This document shows positions 9,420-18,250 of a stretch of 40,210 nt of DNA, piece by piece (position 1 is the first letter of the stretch; each line of letters opens with the position of its first letter). The stretch spans positions 1 to 40,210 of the forward strand of contig JBBRLJ010000045.1 of the NCBI GenBank assembly GCA_038231435.1. The letters run 5' to 3'. Made by a program: the position numbers and the translations under genes. The notes below the pieces were generated by a model. The model had not been told where the DNA came from and did not search any database. It saw only the letters and a program-made list of their open reading frames with translations. Source of the stretch: Planctomycetota bacterium (GTDB taxonomy: Bacteria; Planctomycetota; UBA11346).

Positions 9420-10007
9420 CTATTTGGACGTATTCGACTTGCCGTTCTTCTTGTCCGAGGCATTCCCGGAGACCGCTTCAGCGGTCTTTTCGGACCCCTT
9501 GGCGAGGGGCTGCTGCGCCGATTTCTCGGAGACGGATTTCTTCACCGGCATCCGCTCGACCGGCCTCCCGGCCTCGGGCTCGGGCTCGGCCACGCAACCG
9601 GTCGTGATCGCCTCCTTCAGCGTATCGGCCAGGTGAAGGTACTCGTCCCACACCTTCGGCTTCACGTGGTAGGCGATCACACCCATGCGCAGGCACAGGT
9701 TGCGATCCTCGCTGCGCTCGGACGAGGTCAGGATCAGAACCGGGATGTCGCGCAACTCCGGCGAGGTCTTGATGATGTTGAGCGCCTTGACGCCGTTGAT
9801 GATCGGGAGATTGATGTCGAGGATCACCAGATCGACGGTCGGGGCATCGACGTATGCGCCCTGCTTGGCCAAGAACGAGAAAGCCAGCACCGCATTCACC
9901 ACCACGTGCAGATAGATCTCGACCTGGCGTTCGGCGAGCGCGCTCTTCACCAGTAGGATGTCGTCCACGTTGTCTTCGACGTAGAGGATGTGCTTGAGGC
10001 GTGCCAC
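9420..10007 (-). CDS. Single-domain response regulator receiver with disordered C-terminal tail
   Basis: VEDN, ILDINLP, LTSS, YHVKP; GTG start. Confidence 0.9.
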   Translation of the reverse strand: MARLKHILYVEDNVDDILLVKSALAERQVEIYLHVVVNAVLAFSFLAKQGAYVDAPTVDLVILDINLPIINGVKALNIIKTSPELRDIPVLILTSSERSEDRNLCLRMGVIAYHVKPKVWDEYLHLADTLKEAITTGCVAEPEPEAGRPVERMPVKKSVSEKSAQQPLAKGSEKTAEAVSGNASDKKNGKSNTSK

Positions 10008-10133
10008 CCCTCAAGCGTGCATGCCGGTGCCGATGCTGAATGCCACATCAGCGAAGTTTAGACAGGTACCTGGACGAAAAACGCCAAAACCAGCGGTTTT
10101 ATGGCCAAGGCTCACCCGCGGCGGAGCTTCGCG

Positions 10134-11036
10134 TCACCAGCCCTCGGAAGGACGGATGGATGGGGAATGTGGAAGGACTGCAATTGGGCCGGCCGGAGCG
10201 TCTGCGCGACGGGCATCAGCGGGCGCGGCGCGGGCCGTCGCGGTCGGTGGACGGCCATGGCGGCGACGCCAGGCGCGCGTCAGGTCGGCGCGCGAGCTGA
10301 AGCCGCAGCGCGCGGCGGCATCGGCGACCCCGGCCCCCTCGGCCAGCAACTGCGCCGCCAGGTCGAGTCGCTGCGTCAGCAGTACCTGCTTGGGCGTGGC
10401 GCCGAAGAAGGCGGTGAACAGCTGGTACGCGCGGCTGTGACCGATGCCGTCTGGCCCTCCGGCCGCCGCCCGCACCACGTCCGCGGCGGTGATGGGGGTG
10501 TGCAGGCGCTTCCACAACGCCGAGGCCATGCGGCTGACCGCCGGATGCATCCAGCGGATCGGGCTTGCGCGCTCGTTGAATATCTGCGTGCATATCTCGG
10601 ACACCAGGCGCGCGCGCTCGTCGGGGCTCGACGCCGCCAGCAAGCGGTTCATCAGCCCCCGGAACGGCTCGGCGCTGACCATGCCCCACGACACCTCCTG
10701 GGCGTCGGCAAGGATGAGATCACAGCGCCCAGCGATGAACCCCAGCCCGAACGACGCCGAGCCCGGCCGCAGGCGCACGTGCTCGTGCCAGCAGCCAGGT
10801 GAGATCACCAGCGCGTCGCCGGGATGCAGATCCATCGCCTGCGCGCCTTGGACGCGGGCCACGCCCTCGAGGCACAGCGACAGCGTCGGCACGGCGTGCT
10901 GATGGCCGCGGATGCGCTGCTGATCGCCACCATCGGCGGCGCGCCAGAGCGCGACGCCACGCACCTGGCTCGCGGCCTGGTGGAGCTTGAGCCAGAGGCG
11001 CATGCGCGACGGATCGCCGATGAAGGATGCCGGCAT
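10134..11036 (-). CDS. AraC family transcriptional regulator
   Basis: Cupin-like N-terminus; C-terminal HTH GATPKQ...RLDLAAQLL...AARCGF. Confidence 0.9.
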   Translation of the reverse strand: MPASFIGDPSRMRLWLKLHQAASQVRGVALWRAADGGDQQRIRGHQHAVPTLSLCLEGVARVQGAQAMDLHPGDALVISPGCWHEHVRLRPGSASFGLGFIAGRCDLILADAQEVSWGMVSAEPFRGLMNRLLAASSPDERARLVSEICTQIFNERASPIRWMHPAVSRMASALWKRLHTPITAADVVRAAAGGPDGIGHSRAYQLFTAFFGATPKQVLLTQRLDLAAQLLAEGAGVADAAARCGFSSRADLTRAWRRRHGRPPTATARAAPADARRADAPAGPIAVLPHSPSIRPSEGW

Positions 11037-11139
11037 GGGGCTGGCCTCTCATGCTTGAAATGGCGCATCGAATGACGCCGGGAGAACACTGAGGAGCGGA
11101 CGGTACCGAGGACCCACAGCGATGTCGGGATGGTAGGAG

Positions 11140-11166
11140 CAATTATTCCATTGTCAGTGGAAATTG
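11140..11166. promoter_or_regulatory. AT-rich imperfect palindrome in divergent promoter (candidate operator)
   Basis: CAATTATTCCATTG-T-CAGTGGAAATTG between the AraC-family gene and the PIG-L/SIS gene. Confidence 0.45.
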
Positions 11167-11225
11167 TGACTAGGTGGGCACCCGGCACCGATCGGCTCCA
11201 CCGCCACCCTGCATACGGTAGCGCC

Positions 11226-13085
11226 ATGAGCTCGATCCCCATCGCCTTGGCCCGCCGCGACCGCGGCCTCGTCACCCGCATCCCCTCGCTCGCCGCCGCC
11301 GGGGCTCCTGGACCGTGGCTGGTCGTGGTCCCGCACGACGATGACATGGTCATCGGCATGGGTCTGGCCGTGCAGGCGGCGGTTGCCGAAGGCATCCGCG
11401 TCGACGTGGCGATCGTCAGCGACGGCCGCATGGGCTATGCCGAGCCATCGGAGCGGGCCACCATCCAGGCGGTACGCAAGGGCGAGATGGAGCGCAGCTG
11501 TGCGCTGCTCGGCATACCGGCGGCGCGGCTGCACTGGTTCGGCTATCCCGACTCAGACCTGCAATCGTGGCAGGGCCGGCGCTTCACCGATGGTGGCGGC
11601 ACCACCGGCATCGCTGGTGCCATCACCGCGCTGATCCGCACGCTCGCGCCCGCGTGCGTCTTCGGCCCGACGCGCGCCGATCTGCATCCCGACCACGTGA
11701 CCGTCGCCACCGAGCTGGCGATCTCGTGCTACCACGCCGGCGGCGACATCTGGCTCGAGCTCGGCAAACCGGTACCAGTCCCAGCGCGCTGGGATTTCGC
11801 CTGCTACTGCCCCTTCCCCGGCGAGCCGACGCTCGAATTGCGCGCGAACGACGCGGCGTTCGCGAAGAAGCTCGCCGGCATCGCCGCCTTCGCCAGCCAG
11901 CGCCAGATCAGCAGCACGGTGGAAGCGCTGCGCACCGGCGGCCCGGCCGAGTACCTGCAGATGGCCGACTGGAAGCCGTTCAGCCCCGCGCAATACGCAC
12001 CTCTATTCCGCTCCGATGCCGCTGGCGCGCAAGCCCAGACCGCTGCCGATGTCGGAAGGAACTTCGCCGCCGATTGCGCCCGCGTCGGTCCCCTGCTCGC
12101 CGCGTGGCCGGAGCAGCCGTGGGAACCGCTCGCCGCAGCGCTCGCTGATCGCGAGCATCCGCTGATGGTGGTGGGCGAGGGGTCGAGTCGGCTGTTCCCG
12201 GCGGCGCTCGCCTGCGCCATCGCGCGCCATGGCGCGGCCCGTGACGGAGGCAGCGTGCGCGTCGATCATCTCGGCGGCCGCGAAGCCATGGGCGTCGATC
12301 TGTCCGGCTGCCACGTGCTGGCGATGTCCAACAGCGGTCAGACGCGCGAGGTCGTAGAGCTGGTCGAGCGTCTGCGCGCCGGGCCGCGGCCCCACTCGCG
12401 TCTGCTCGCCATGGTCGGGCAGCCCGGCGGCCGGCTGACCGAGCTGGTGCCGCGCTGCCGCACCCTGCTGGATGCTCCCGAGACCACCGTCGCCGCCACC
12501 GTCAGCGTCTTCGCGCAAGCCCTCGCGCTCGCCCAGGCGGTGGCGCACGCCGCGGGCGTGGCGGTACCGCTGGCGCGCCTGCGCGCGGCCACCGCCGAGG
12601 TCTTCGCCCATCGCCCGATGCTGCCGGCGCTGTCGGCACTCACGGCAGGTGAGGCGCGCGTCGCGCGGGTGTGGTGGAGCGGTGACGAGAGCGGCCCCGC
12701 GGGCGAGCTCGCGCTCAAGACCATGGAGACTGCAGGCTGCATCGGCGTGCACCTGCCCGGCAGCATGGTGCTGCACGGTATCGAGGAGGTGCTCGACGAG
12801 AGCGATCTGGTGGTGCTGCTCGATCCGCCGGAGAGCGATCTGTCTGCGATCCACGAACGCATCGGCGCCACCGGCGCGAGCATCGTGCGCCTCGGACCAG
12901 GGGGCGACTGGGATCTGCCCGATCTCGGGCTGTGGTCCGGCTTCCCGCAGCTGGTCGCCTCGTGGCGGCTGCTCGGCATGCTGGCACTGGCTCGCGGTCG
13001 CGACCCGGACAAGCCGAAGCGCGCGCGCAAGGTCGGCAACCACTTCGCGAGCGCGGCGGCGAGCGGCAAGGCCCGGCCGGCGTGA
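11226..13085 (+). CDS. PIG-L family deacetylase fused to double SIS (GlmS C-terminal/GlmD-like) domain
   Basis: VPHDDD and HPDH PIG-L Zn motifs; GEGSS, SNSGQTRE, ELALKTME and PDKPKRARKV SIS motifs in one frame. Confidence 0.85.
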   Translation: MSSIPIALARRDRGLVTRIPSLAAAGAPGPWLVVVPHDDDMVIGMGLAVQAAVAEGIRVDVAIVSDGRMGYAEPSERATIQAVRKGEMERSCALLGIPAARLHWFGYPDSDLQSWQGRRFTDGGGTTGIAGAITALIRTLAPACVFGPTRADLHPDHVTVATELAISCYHAGGDIWLELGKPVPVPARWDFACYCPFPGEPTLELRANDAAFAKKLAGIAAFASQRQISSTVEALRTGGPAEYLQMADWKPFSPAQYAPLFRSDAAGAQAQTAADVGRNFAADCARVGPLLAAWPEQPWEPLAAALADREHPLMVVGEGSSRLFPAALACAIARHGAARDGGSVRVDHLGGREAMGVDLSGCHVLAMSNSGQTREVVELVERLRAGPRPHSRLLAMVGQPGGRLTELVPRCRTLLDAPETTVAATVSVFAQALALAQAVAHAAGVAVPLARLRAATAEVFAHRPMLPALSALTAGEARVARVWWSGDESGPAGELALKTMETAGCIGVHLPGSMVLHGIEEVLDESDLVVLLDPPESDLSAIHERIGATGASIVRLGPGGDWDLPDLGLWSGFPQLVASWRLLGMLALARGRDPDKPKRARKVGNHFASAAASGKARPA

Positions 13086-14344
13086 GTCCGCTCGCGGCCC
13101 GGCCCATCGCGAAGCCCGCCAAGCCTGTGGCCAGCGCGATCCGCCCGCGGATCCACCGCAAGAAGGACCGTCGCGGCGCGGCCCCCGCCACGCTGTCGGC
13201 GGCGGTGTGTGGACTGGGCAATCGCATGGCCGGGGTGCTCCAGCATCTGCTGCGCGCCGCACGTGGTCGCATCGTGCCGGTGTCCTGGTGCGATCCGTCG
13301 CCGACCGGTCTCGCTTGGTTGCGCGAGCAGGGCCACGAACTCGGCACGCCCTATACGGACGTGGAGCGGATGATCGCGGCCGAGAAGCCCGACCTGCTGC
13401 TGGTCGGCTCGCCAAACCACGTCCATCTCGAGCACATCGCCGCGGGCCTGGCCGCCGGATGCACGGTGCTCACCGAAAAGCCGGTGGTGGTCGACGAGGA
13501 GCAGACCTGGGAGCTGGCGCGGCTGCTCGCCGAGCACGGCCGCCATCGGCTGCTGGTGAGCGGCTTGGTGCTGCGCTCGGCGCCACTCACGCGCGCGGTG
13601 CGGGCGGTGCTCGCGAGCGGTCGTCTGGGGAAACTCGTGAGCTTCGAGGCCAACGAGCACCTGCCCGCCGAGCATGGCGGTTTCCTGATGCGCGACTGGC
13701 GGCGCAAGCGCGCCTTCGCCGGATCGTACCTGCTCGAGAAGTGCTGTCACGACTTCGACATCTACCAGTCGTTCGCCGGCGCTCGCGCGGCGCGCGTGGC
13801 GAGCTTCGCCGGGCGCGACATCTTCCTCCCCGAACATGCCGAGCTCGAACGCGAACGCGACGGCGCCAAGCCGTACCGTAGTTGGCGATCAGGCTGGAAT
13901 TCCATCGACCGCGTCTTCGACAGCGACGCCGATGTCTGCGACAACCAGGTTGCGGTAGTGCAGTACGGCAACGGCGTGCGCATGAGCTTCCACAGCAACA
14001 CCCACAGCGGATTCCACCAGCGCCGCTGGCTGCTTTCAGGCACGCACGCGACGCTCGAATGCGATCTCGCGAGCAATCGCCTGCGCGTCGCCGGCGTGCA
14101 CGACCGCCAGCCCGAGGATCTCCCCGTCGATATCGGCTCGGAAGGCCACTACGGCGCCGACGCCGGCATGGCCGATGACGTCACGGCCCACCTCTTCGCC
14201 GGCAAGCCATTCCCCGTCTCCGTCCAGGAAGCCCTCGAAGCCGGCCTCACCTGCATGGCCATCGACCGCGCCAGCCGCTCCAACCGCATCGTCGACTGCG
14301 CCCCGCTCTGGAAAAAATTGGACGGCCTGCTTCCTTCACCCTGA
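13082..14344 (+). CDS. Gfo/Idh/MocA family oxidoreductase
   Basis: GLGNR, SPNHVH, TEKP, LLEKCCHDFD, GHYGAD; GTG overlaps the upstream TGA (GTGA coupling). Confidence 0.9.
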   Translation: MSPLAARPIAKPAKPVASAIRPRIHRKKDRRGAAPATLSAAVCGLGNRMAGVLQHLLRAARGRIVPVSWCDPSPTGLAWLREQGHELGTPYTDVERMIAAEKPDLLLVGSPNHVHLEHIAAGLAAGCTVLTEKPVVVDEEQTWELARLLAEHGRHRLLVSGLVLRSAPLTRAVRAVLASGRLGKLVSFEANEHLPAEHGGFLMRDWRRKRAFAGSYLLEKCCHDFDIYQSFAGARAARVASFAGRDIFLPEHAELERERDGAKPYRSWRSGWNSIDRVFDSDADVCDNQVAVVQYGNGVRMSFHSNTHSGFHQRRWLLSGTHATLECDLASNRLRVAGVHDRQPEDLPVDIGSEGHYGADAGMADDVTAHLFAGKPFPVSVQEALEAGLTCMAIDRASRSNRIVDCAPLWKKLDGLLPSP

Positions 14345-14524
14345 CGTCCGCCCGCCATCCCACCCATCCGTTTCTTCCCGAGTGGAGCGCGGACCGCGCC
14401 AGATAATCCACAACACACTGACGTCCGCCGTCCAACCCTCCCTGGCCGTTCCTTCCCAGGGGGCAGCGCGGAGCGCGATGTTGGGGGGCCGTAGCCCCCC
14501 AACAGAAAGCCCCCCAACTGATAG
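14341..14524 (-). repeat. Dispersed hairpin repeat, copy 1 (doubled head, two tail modules)
   Basis: Minus strand GTTGGGGGGCTTTCT-GTTGGGGGGCTACGGCCCCCCAAC-ATCGCGCTCCGCGCTGCCCCC-TGGGAAGGAACGG. The tail module ending GGCGGACGTCAG occurs twice (about 14341-14379 and 14418-14457). Confidence 0.9.
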
Positions 14525-15097
14525 TCAGTCCAGACGCCGGAATCTCGTCAGCGGCGGATGTCCCTCGGACTCGAATCCGTCGAGCATCACGCCCACCACC
14601 TCTCCGGCGGGATTGAACACCGGGCCACCGGCCATGCCGGTGTAGAAGCGTCCGGTTATGTAGCCGTCGGCGCTGGTGAAGAGCGCGAGGTGGCCCTCGA
14701 TGATCCACGGACACACGTACGGCAGGTAGCGCGCGGGATCGAGCGAGCCGTGGTGCAGACGGAAGGCGGGGTGGTCGACCATGTTCGCGAAGCCGACCGC
14801 GCGCAGGCGATCGCGCTTGTGCAGCACCGCGCCCTTGGCCACCGTCAGGCTCGACGACGCGGCGGCGCTTGTGAAACCGGCGACGCCGTCCTCGCATTCC
14901 CACTCGGCCACCGTGCCCACCTGGCCATCGCCGGCGCGCAGCAGGCGCGCGTCGCTGGGCGGCAGCTCGTGCGGCCACGCCGCGACCCAATCGCCGCCGC
15001 CGAGTGACCAGGCGGTGGCGAGATGGGCGAACTGCCCGTCGGAGCCGGCGCCCACGAGCACGCCGCAGGCATCGGTGATGCTGGCGAAATCGTCCAT
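14525..15097 (-). CDS. Trypsin-like (S1 fold) protein, probably catalytically inactive
   Basis: TGMAGGPVFNPAGEVVGV matches G-x-S-G-G-P-V-F-N-x-x-G-E-V-V-G with Ser replaced by Ala. Confidence 0.65.
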   Translation of the reverse strand: MDDFASITDACGVLVGAGSDGQFAHLATAWSLGGGDWVAAWPHELPPSDARLLRAGDGQVGTVAEWECEDGVAGFTSAAASSSLTVAKGAVLHKRDRLRAVGFANMVDHPAFRLHHGSLDPARYLPYVCPWIIEGHLALFTSADGYITGRFYTGMAGGPVFNPAGEVVGVMLDGFESEGHPPLTRFRRLD

Positions 15098-15249
15098 GGC
15101 CGCAGCGCAGCGCATTCCGCCGCCACTGCAAGCTCGGGCCCATCGCTCGGGCCGCCAGCCCGCGCCAGCGCGACGCAACCAATGGGCATGGCGGTTGCAT
15201 CGTTCCGAGGCCACGACTAGAGTCCGGCTTCAATTCCCCGGAGCTGACC

Positions 15250-16608
15250 ATGCCCGCGACTCCAGATCAGCCTGCCGCTCCAGCCGCCGCCGACGCGGCT
15301 GCTCCGCAGGAGTGGAAGCCGGAGCCGCGCCAGTGGACCTGGAAGGACCTCTTCACCGCCCCGATGCTGGCGTTCAAGCCGAAGTGCATGCTGATCTCGG
15401 CCCTGACCCTGATCGCGCTCGGACTGTGGGTCCACCTCTTCAACAGTTTCGCCTTCAAGTTCGACTCCTCCGAGAAGGCGTGGCTCTACCTCGCCGTGTT
15501 CGTGTGGTTCTCGGTCGGCCTGGTGGTGTTCTCGATCGGCGCGACGCTGGTGTCGGTGTTCATGCGCGCCGACCTGCTCGACGACGAGTTCCTGTCGCTC
15601 GGCGAGGCCATCGGCCAGTTCAAGGGGCGGATCGTGCCCGCGCTGCTGGTGCCGCTGTTCCTCTTCGGCTTGCTGGTGGGCGTGAACCTCTTCCTCATCT
15701 ATGTGCCCGAGCTGCTGTGCAGCATCCCCTTGGTGGGCAGCGCGATCTACGCGCTCATGTACCCGCTCGGCTACTTCCTGGCGCTGTTCGCGGTGCTGCT
15801 GCTGATCGCGGTCTCCTTGTCGCTGTTCGTGTTCCCCGGCATCATCGCGATCCGCAAGCACGGCTGGTTCGACAACGTGGTCGACACCATCGAGGCCGTC
15901 GGCACCAAGCCGCACGTGCTGGTCGGCAGCCTGATCCTCACCACCATCATGGTGTGGGTCGCCTTCGGCATCGGCAATGCCGGCATGAGCTACCTCAAGG
16001 CCCCATCGCGGACCTCGGCGAAGCTCTTGCCCGGCGACGAGCTGGCACGCACCGAGTATCGCGCCGACCAGGTGCGCCTGGCGATGGTCGAGAAGTTCGA
16101 CCCGCTGCGCCAGCTCGGCCAGGCGTACAACATCCTCTGCGACAGCTCCTACCGCCCGCACGGCATGTCGAGTGCGTCGTCAGACTACGACCGCACGCCG
16201 GTGTTCTCGAGCCGTGAGCATTTCGACGCCATGTCCCTGAGCGCCTCGCAGCGCCTCGACGGCTCGTCGGCCACGGCTGATGCCGAGCCCGCTTCCGACA
16301 AATACTATACCTGGGGCACCGGCCTGGTGACCGGCGCGTGGCAGGGCGTGATCATGACGGTGCTGCTCGGCTACTGCATGAACATGCTGCTCGCCGGCGG
16401 CATGCTCACCTATCTGCTGGTGCGCGAGGACGACTACTGGGACGACGAGGATCTCGAGGACCTCGACAAGCTCGCCAAGGAGCTCGAGGAAGAAGCCAAG
16501 CGCGACGAAGCCGCCGCCCCCGCTTCATCCACGCCGGCCGCCGCGCCATCAGCCGCTGCGCCAGCCCCGGCAGCTACCGACAAGCCGGTTCCACCCGCAG
16601 CGACCTGA
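15250..16608 (+). CDS. Hypothetical multi-pass membrane protein with acidic and Pro/Ala-rich tail
   Basis: At least 6 TM segments, strong GC3 codon bias, GGAG RBS. Confidence 0.8.
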   Translation: MPATPDQPAAPAAADAAAPQEWKPEPRQWTWKDLFTAPMLAFKPKCMLISALTLIALGLWVHLFNSFAFKFDSSEKAWLYLAVFVWFSVGLVVFSIGATLVSVFMRADLLDDEFLSLGEAIGQFKGRIVPALLVPLFLFGLLVGVNLFLIYVPELLCSIPLVGSAIYALMYPLGYFLALFAVLLLIAVSLSLFVFPGIIAIRKHGWFDNVVDTIEAVGTKPHVLVGSLILTTIMVWVAFGIGNAGMSYLKAPSRTSAKLLPGDELARTEYRADQVRLAMVEKFDPLRQLGQAYNILCDSSYRPHGMSSASSDYDRTPVFSSREHFDAMSLSASQRLDGSSATADAEPASDKYYTWGTGLVTGAWQGVIMTVLLGYCMNMLLAGGMLTYLLVREDDYWDDEDLEDLDKLAKELEEEAKRDEAAAPASSTPAAAPSAAAPAPAATDKPVPPAAT

Positions 16609-16689
16609 AGCGTCGGATGCGGCGCTCGGCCTGGCTCCAATAGACTCTATCTCTGCAGCGGGCTAGCACGGCCGCAACGCTGGCCGTCA

Positions 16690-16763
16690 GCCTCCCTGCT
16701 CCTCGGCTCCTAGGGAGCAGGCCGGAGGCCGTTCTTGGGGGGCCGTAGCCCCCCAACCGACAG
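16690..16763 (-). repeat. Dispersed hairpin repeat, copy 2 (overlaps 3' end of NPCBM gene)
   Basis: Minus strand CTGTCGGTTGGGGGGCTACGGCCCCCCAAGAACGGCCTCCGGCCTGCTCCCTAGG. Confidence 0.85.
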
Positions 16764-17984
16764 CACCCAGGCATCCGCTAAGGTGAGATGATCGCCGATG
16801 TCATAACGCGCGCCGAAGTCGACGCGCAGCTCGAGCGTGCGCACGCCTTGCACGTCCAGATCGATGGGCTGCGGTTTGTCGGTGCCCTTCACGCTATCGC
16901 GCGACCACAGCACCTTGCCGTCGCCGACTAGCGCCGCCGAGCAATTTCCTTCCGGCGCCACCAGGTCGGCGATGCCGACCAGCGCGCGCAGCCGCGTGTA
17001 ACCGCCGCCGAGCTCCCAGGCGAGGATCGCCTTGCTGTGGACGCTGATGCCATGGGCGTAACGCGTGCCGCCGAGCATCAGCGGGCCGCCATCGAGATCG
17101 CTGTCCGATCGCCAGTGCCAGACGATGTCGAACGCTCCGCTCTCCTCGACCCGCGCCGGCTTGAGCGAGCCCAGGTAGACGCGGCGCCCGCCCTCGACGC
17201 GCAGGCGTGCATTGGCGAGCAGGCTGGTCGGAGCGGCCGCGCCCGCGGCATCGGCGAGCGCGACTCCCGGCGCGGCAGCGAGCGGCAGGTTCGGCGCGGG
17301 CAGCAGCACGAGTGGCGGTCGCGCCGGGTCGAGCGATACCGACAGCACCACGCCGCGCGGGGGTCGCGCGGGCACGGCGAGGCGCATGCCCACCACCTCG
17401 GCGAGCGGCAGCTCGAGCGGCTGCGGATTCAGCGGACTCTCGAAGCGTAGCTTGCCGCCCGCAATGCCGAGCACGCGGCCCTGCAGGGGGCCGGACGCGA
17501 GCACCACCTGATCCGATTTGCCGTCTCCAGCAGGTGGCAGCTCCATCCCCCATCCCAGCACCGCGCCGAGCGGCAGCACCAGCTCGCCGAGCGGACCCGT
17601 GGCGAGCAGCGCATCGGCGGGGGAGGACTTGCCGTCGGCCGCGACAGCTTCGCCGAGACGCGCCACCGGCAGCCAGCCGCCGTCCGCCAGCCACACGCCC
17701 ATGCGCCGGCGCTGCTCCTGGGTCGAGGGTGCAGAGGGCCCGCTGGGCGCCGTGCCGCCTGGCTCGATCCAATCGCAATCGATGAGCGCGATGCGCTTGC
17801 CGCCGATCTCGACGGCGTCGGCCGCCAGTCCGAGGGTCGGCCCGGCGAGCGTGGTGCCGTCGAAGGTGCAGACGGTGGCCGCGTCGAGGACGGCGCCGCT
17901 CACCGTCATCAATGAGATCAGCGAGGCCGCCAACGAGAGGAGACCGGCGGGGCGAGGACCTCGTGGTGCGTGTTCCGCCAGCAT
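16710..17984 (-). CDS. Exported NPCBM/NEW2 domain protein
   Basis: Signal-like N-terminus; C-terminal GTRYAHGISVHS...LVGI...DGKVLW...LDVQGVRTLEL...ADA NPCBM pattern. Confidence 0.82.
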   Translation of the reverse strand: MLAEHAPRGPRPAGLLSLAASLISLMTVSGAVLDAATVCTFDGTTLAGPTLGLAADAVEIGGKRIALIDCDWIEPGGTAPSGPSAPSTQEQRRRMGVWLADGGWLPVARLGEAVAADGKSSPADALLATGPLGELVLPLGAVLGWGMELPPAGDGKSDQVVLASGPLQGRVLGIAGGKLRFESPLNPQPLELPLAEVVGMRLAVPARPPRGVVLSVSLDPARPPLVLLPAPNLPLAAAPGVALADAAGAAAPTSLLANARLRVEGGRRVYLGSLKPARVEESGAFDIVWHWRSDSDLDGGPLMLGGTRYAHGISVHSKAILAWELGGGYTRLRALVGIADLVAPEGNCSAALVGDGKVLWSRDSVKGTDKPQPIDLDVQGVRTLELRVDFGARYDIGDHLTLADAWVLSVGGLRPPKNGLRPAP

Positions 17985-18048
17985 GGCGGCGGAGTGTAGC
18001 GAGCTGCCCGAAAACAGCAGCCTGCTATCATCCTACGGACATCGGGCG

Positions 18049-18079
18049 GGCATCCTGCGGCGTCCTGCGGCATCCTGCG
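18049..18079. repeat. 10-bp tandem repeat (GGCRTCCTGC)x3
   Basis: Read directly in the divergent intergenic region. Confidence 0.8.
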
Positions 18080-18250
18080 AAGGTGCCGGCGCAGCCGGAC
18101 CGTCGATGAGCCAGCCGCGCCCCGGCGCTCGACGGCCGCCGGGGCTGCCGCGCCGGGCAGGCGCAGATCGCCGCTCACGCGGGCCGGAGGGGCAGTGATC
18201 TGCCCCCTTTGCACTGGAGGCACCGGCCTGCGGGCCTAAGAAAGCAGGCC

